Both the position numbers and the translations under genes were made by a program. A DNA stretch of 63,642 bases, the filler included, from Phoronis australis (lineage: Eukaryota; Animalia; Phoronida), in the NCBI GenBank assembly GCA_002633005.1. It is 6 parts of 6 records of this genome, joined end to end, with 100 filler letters (N's around TTAATTAATTAA, not from the genome) between each part and the next. Parts side by side here need not be neighbours in the genome. Positions count along the whole stretch, not along the records: positions 58,988 to 62,418 come from NMRA01000019.1; positions 62,519 to 63,642 come from NMRA01003940.1; 4 more parts are not named here. One strand, 5' to 3'. Under the pieces are notes generated by a model. The model did not search any database. It worked only from the letters and a program-made list of their open reading frames with translations, and was not told the origin of the DNA. This document shows positions 60,732-63,642 of this stretch, in pieces (position 1 is the first letter of the stretch; every line of letters starts with the position of its first letter).

Positions 60732-62518
60732 GTGATAAATAGGGGACAAAAGCCAAAAATATACTTTTATATTTTTCCCATTTTAGTGTAAGCTTTTTCT
60801 CGCTTGATCTGTTTACAAAACTACGATTAACCGCGTTTTTTCGGTCGATATGATATGTGCACGAAATTGTTTCTTAGAACGAAGTCAAGATGATGCATGA
60901 CCTCAGTCACAAAATAACACAAGTGAAAGGCGAATACGCTTAGGCACCTTACTAACGTAATTTAGCAATCTACCCATCTGTTCGGTGTGGATGGGATATT
61001 AATTGTATTAGTACCATAAATTATGAATGCTACGGTCCCAAATTTAATAGAAAATTAAAAAATCTCGCTACCTATTCTAAGTGCTGGAATATTCGAAGAA
61101 TGCTCTTATAGCCTCGTAGAATGTTAATTTGTTGGTGTCCTGCTCTTTTCTATTTTGTTCTCGTCACTTAGGCATTAAACCTTACAGAGAAAGTTCGCCG
61201 CTTTGCTATGGGCTTCAGCTTCTGCAATATATCGTCGGATAACAATTGACTACTGTAGGTGGGTTCCCAGAACCAGTCCAGCATTTCTAGTGCTACGCTA
61301 ATGACACAAATCGTTTTCACAGAGACAGGAAACTAGATAGTCACGGTGAACCAGTGGCGGATATAGGATATCATAAGGGGGGGACAACATTTTGTCTGTA
61401 AGCATTTGCGCAAACCACAATTGTAGATGCGCATAGCACCGAATGGGGGGAGGTCGGGTGGGCAATTTTTTTTCTGTTTTTCCTCTAAAAATCAAGCATT
61501 TTCCTTGATTCCTGAAGCATTATCCAAGAAAAAGAAGAAAAAAAGGAGAACGTGCCAACAGGAAAAACTGCAAAAACCATGAATGTCAGACCATTGACTG
61601 TGGGTTTGTTTAAAAGGTAGCTATGCTTTGAGATTGTGCGTAGGTGGAGAGTGAATAATCAAATCCAGTAATTAATTTATTATATGATAACCTCTAATTA
61701 GACAAATGAAACCTATTGTTAATTAAGTAATCAACTACAAAGAGTAACTACGCTAGCGCCCTCTTTAAAGATTACTTTAATCAAACAACCAAAACAATCA
61801 AATGTCTTATCTGCTGTCCAAGCTAGGACTCTCCACTTGTTGGATGTCTGTCCTGTTGGTGAATCTTCGAACTACACACACTGTATAGCGACAGTGTACT
61901 TGCTGGTCACCGTCTCTGGTGATGCAACACTTGCAGGCAATTTCTTCTACCCGCAACTCTCCTTGCTGGTCACAACACTTCAGGTAGTATCTTACTAACC
62001 ACAATGCAAGTGACAAGCTCTTGGTTAACTTCCTGTTCGTTAACCATTGCCCTTGCCAAGATCCCTTCTAGAATCTTCCACGAGATGGCTATGTCGTACA
62101 ATTGCTTCTGTACACTGTAGCAAGTCTTTATGCTTCAACTACTTTAGCGCATCTAATTACCTTGTTGATTTCAGCCCATAATGTAACACTCTACTTATTT
62201 AGTGATTGGCTAATAAAAACCACATGATCATATCCACTCATATTATTGGCTGTTACAATTTGTTCTCAGAATATTCTAGAATCTCTAGAGTACTTTGACC
62301 CCAGAACCCAAAGTTGTAAACACCATCTAAAAATAGATTTTGACGTTAAAATACATGTCAACAAGTCTGACCCCATGATTTAAAAGTACATATGCACAAA
62401 TTTTGGGCAACTTAAAATNNNNNNNNNNNNNNNNNNNNNNNNNNNNNNNNNNNNNNNNNNNNTTAATTAATTAANNNNNNNNNNNNNNNNNNNNNNNNNN
62501 NNNNNNNNNNNNNNNNNN

Positions 62519-62635
62519 CTATGCAGTGCCATTTTGAGCTATGCAGTGCCATTTGGAGCTATGCAGTGCCATTTTGAGCTATGCAGTGCCATTTTGAGCT
62601 ATGCAGTGCCATTTTGAGCTATGCAATGCCATTTT
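62519..62635. repeat. 20-bp minisatellite x6
   Basis: ctatgcagtgccattttgag. Confidence 0.95.
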
Positions 62636-63255
62636 TGTCATTGCAGCCTTGTGTCAGTAGATCAGTGTATTCGTGTTGCTGTCAACATTGGTTTGTGTAG
62701 AACACCAAGATTCTGTATCATTGAAGGTGACATAGACTTAATAAGTCAGGAATTTGTGTGGAGCGTCAGCCCAAATTTCTGACTGAAGTCTCAAGTCACA
62801 TTTCATGAAACATCCCCCTGTGCATGGTTGCATTAAACACACCCCATCACCTGGTTGCATGAAACAGGCCCATGTAGGGACTCCACTGTGTTCCTAATGT
62901 TTTCACTGTGTTTTTGTGGACTTGTGAAAACACTCACTGGTTGTCGGTTCTTATGTTATTTTATTTTCATTGATAAGTCAATTTTTGGCTTTGATACATA
63001 CCGAGAGTGAAATTTATGTTGATTTGTCAATATTATGGAAAATAAGTTGGGACCTTTTGGACAACGCCCCTAATTCAATTGACGGACTAAGTCACTATTT
63101 ATTTTCATTTAGTTTAAACATGTTACTAGAAAATGTTATTAGTCTAAAAAGAGATGAAGATAGAATGGTAGATAAAGATAACATTTGCGAGTTCTGCAAC
63201 AGAACACATACACCAGTGGTTTAGACCCAACTTGTATTATTAAATATTGTTACAG

Positions 63256-63442
63256 TGGTGAGTCTGCCTTTAAGTCTATGTCAGTGCCTTTGGCTTGGGC
63301 CAAGCACCCTATGTGTGGCAGGATTGGACAACTGGATAAAGATGTGCCAGTCACCATGATCTACGGGTCTAAGTCTTGGATGGATAGATCTGTAGCGTAT
63401 GAAGTAAAATACATCAGGCAAGACTCCTACGTTGATGTTCAG
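63256..63442 (+). CDS. ABHD4: Internal exon of an ABHD4/ABHD5 (CGI-58)-family alpha/beta hydrolase
   Basis: SGESAFKSMSVPLAWAKHPMCGRIGQLDKDVPVTMIYGSKSWMD...RQDSYVDVQ matches the family motif SGExAFK...WA..PM..RI...VP.T.IYG..W.D. ttacag acceptor, CAG|gttggt donor. ABHD4 vs ABHD5 cannot be resolved. Confidence 0.88.
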
Positions 63443-63642
63443 GTTGGTGCACTTTGTTTTGTGATATTCTGATGTTGATGTTCAGCTTGGTGCACTTTGT
63501 TTTGTGTCATTCTGATGTTGATGTTCAGCTTGGTGCACTTTGTTTTGTGTCATTCTGATGTTGATGTTCAGCTTGGTGCACTTTGTGTTGTGTCATTATG
63601 ATGTTGATGTTCAGCTTGGTGCACTTTGTGTTGTGTCATTCA
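63431..63642. repeat. 43-bp minisatellite x5 beginning inside the ABHD exon end
   Basis: gttgatgttcag(g/c)ttggtgcactttgttttgtgtcattctgat. Confidence 0.95.

Noticed and set aside
61620-62300. Possible LTR/PBS boundary (tgtaacac at ~62182)
   Set aside because: No second LTR, convincing PBS or coding remnant within the contig.

Overview
Eukaryotic (bilaterian invertebrate-like) genomic DNA, AT-rich and full of introns and transposons. It consists of six contigs joined by artificial 100-bp N-TTAATTAATTAA-N linkers, so order and orientation across linkers are not guaranteed. Contig 1 (1-27876) has two spliced minus-strand genes, reconstructed from splice sites and exon phases. The first is the 5' end of a signal-peptide + Vitellogenin_N (LLTP)-type gene (exons 6427->138). 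The second is the 3' part of a large type-I membrane protein (27471->10031): furin site, cadherin/Big_9-like modules, an EGF-like module split by three 79-aa 18-Cys repeats rich in N-glycosylation sequons, a GC-AG intron, cbEGF, TM, a Ser-rich 20-aa repeat tail and a C-terminal PDZ motif. Its introns hold Kolobok-type, Tc1/mariner-type and Helentron (HINE) non-autonomous elements. Contig 2 has an intact Ty3/Gypsy element (identical 144-bp LTRs, ACAGG TSD) nested in a decayed BEL/Pao element, a CARD + TRADD-N-like gene, and a PHD-like ORF end followed by a histone-type stem-loop. Contig 3 is a ~10-kb compound satellite, largely HINE-related, with CTCF-like motifs all on one strand. Contig 4 has exons of a Cys-patterned extracellular repeat protein and nested TEs. 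Contig 6 has an ABHD4/5 exon. Family assignments come from motif recognition by eye, not database searches.
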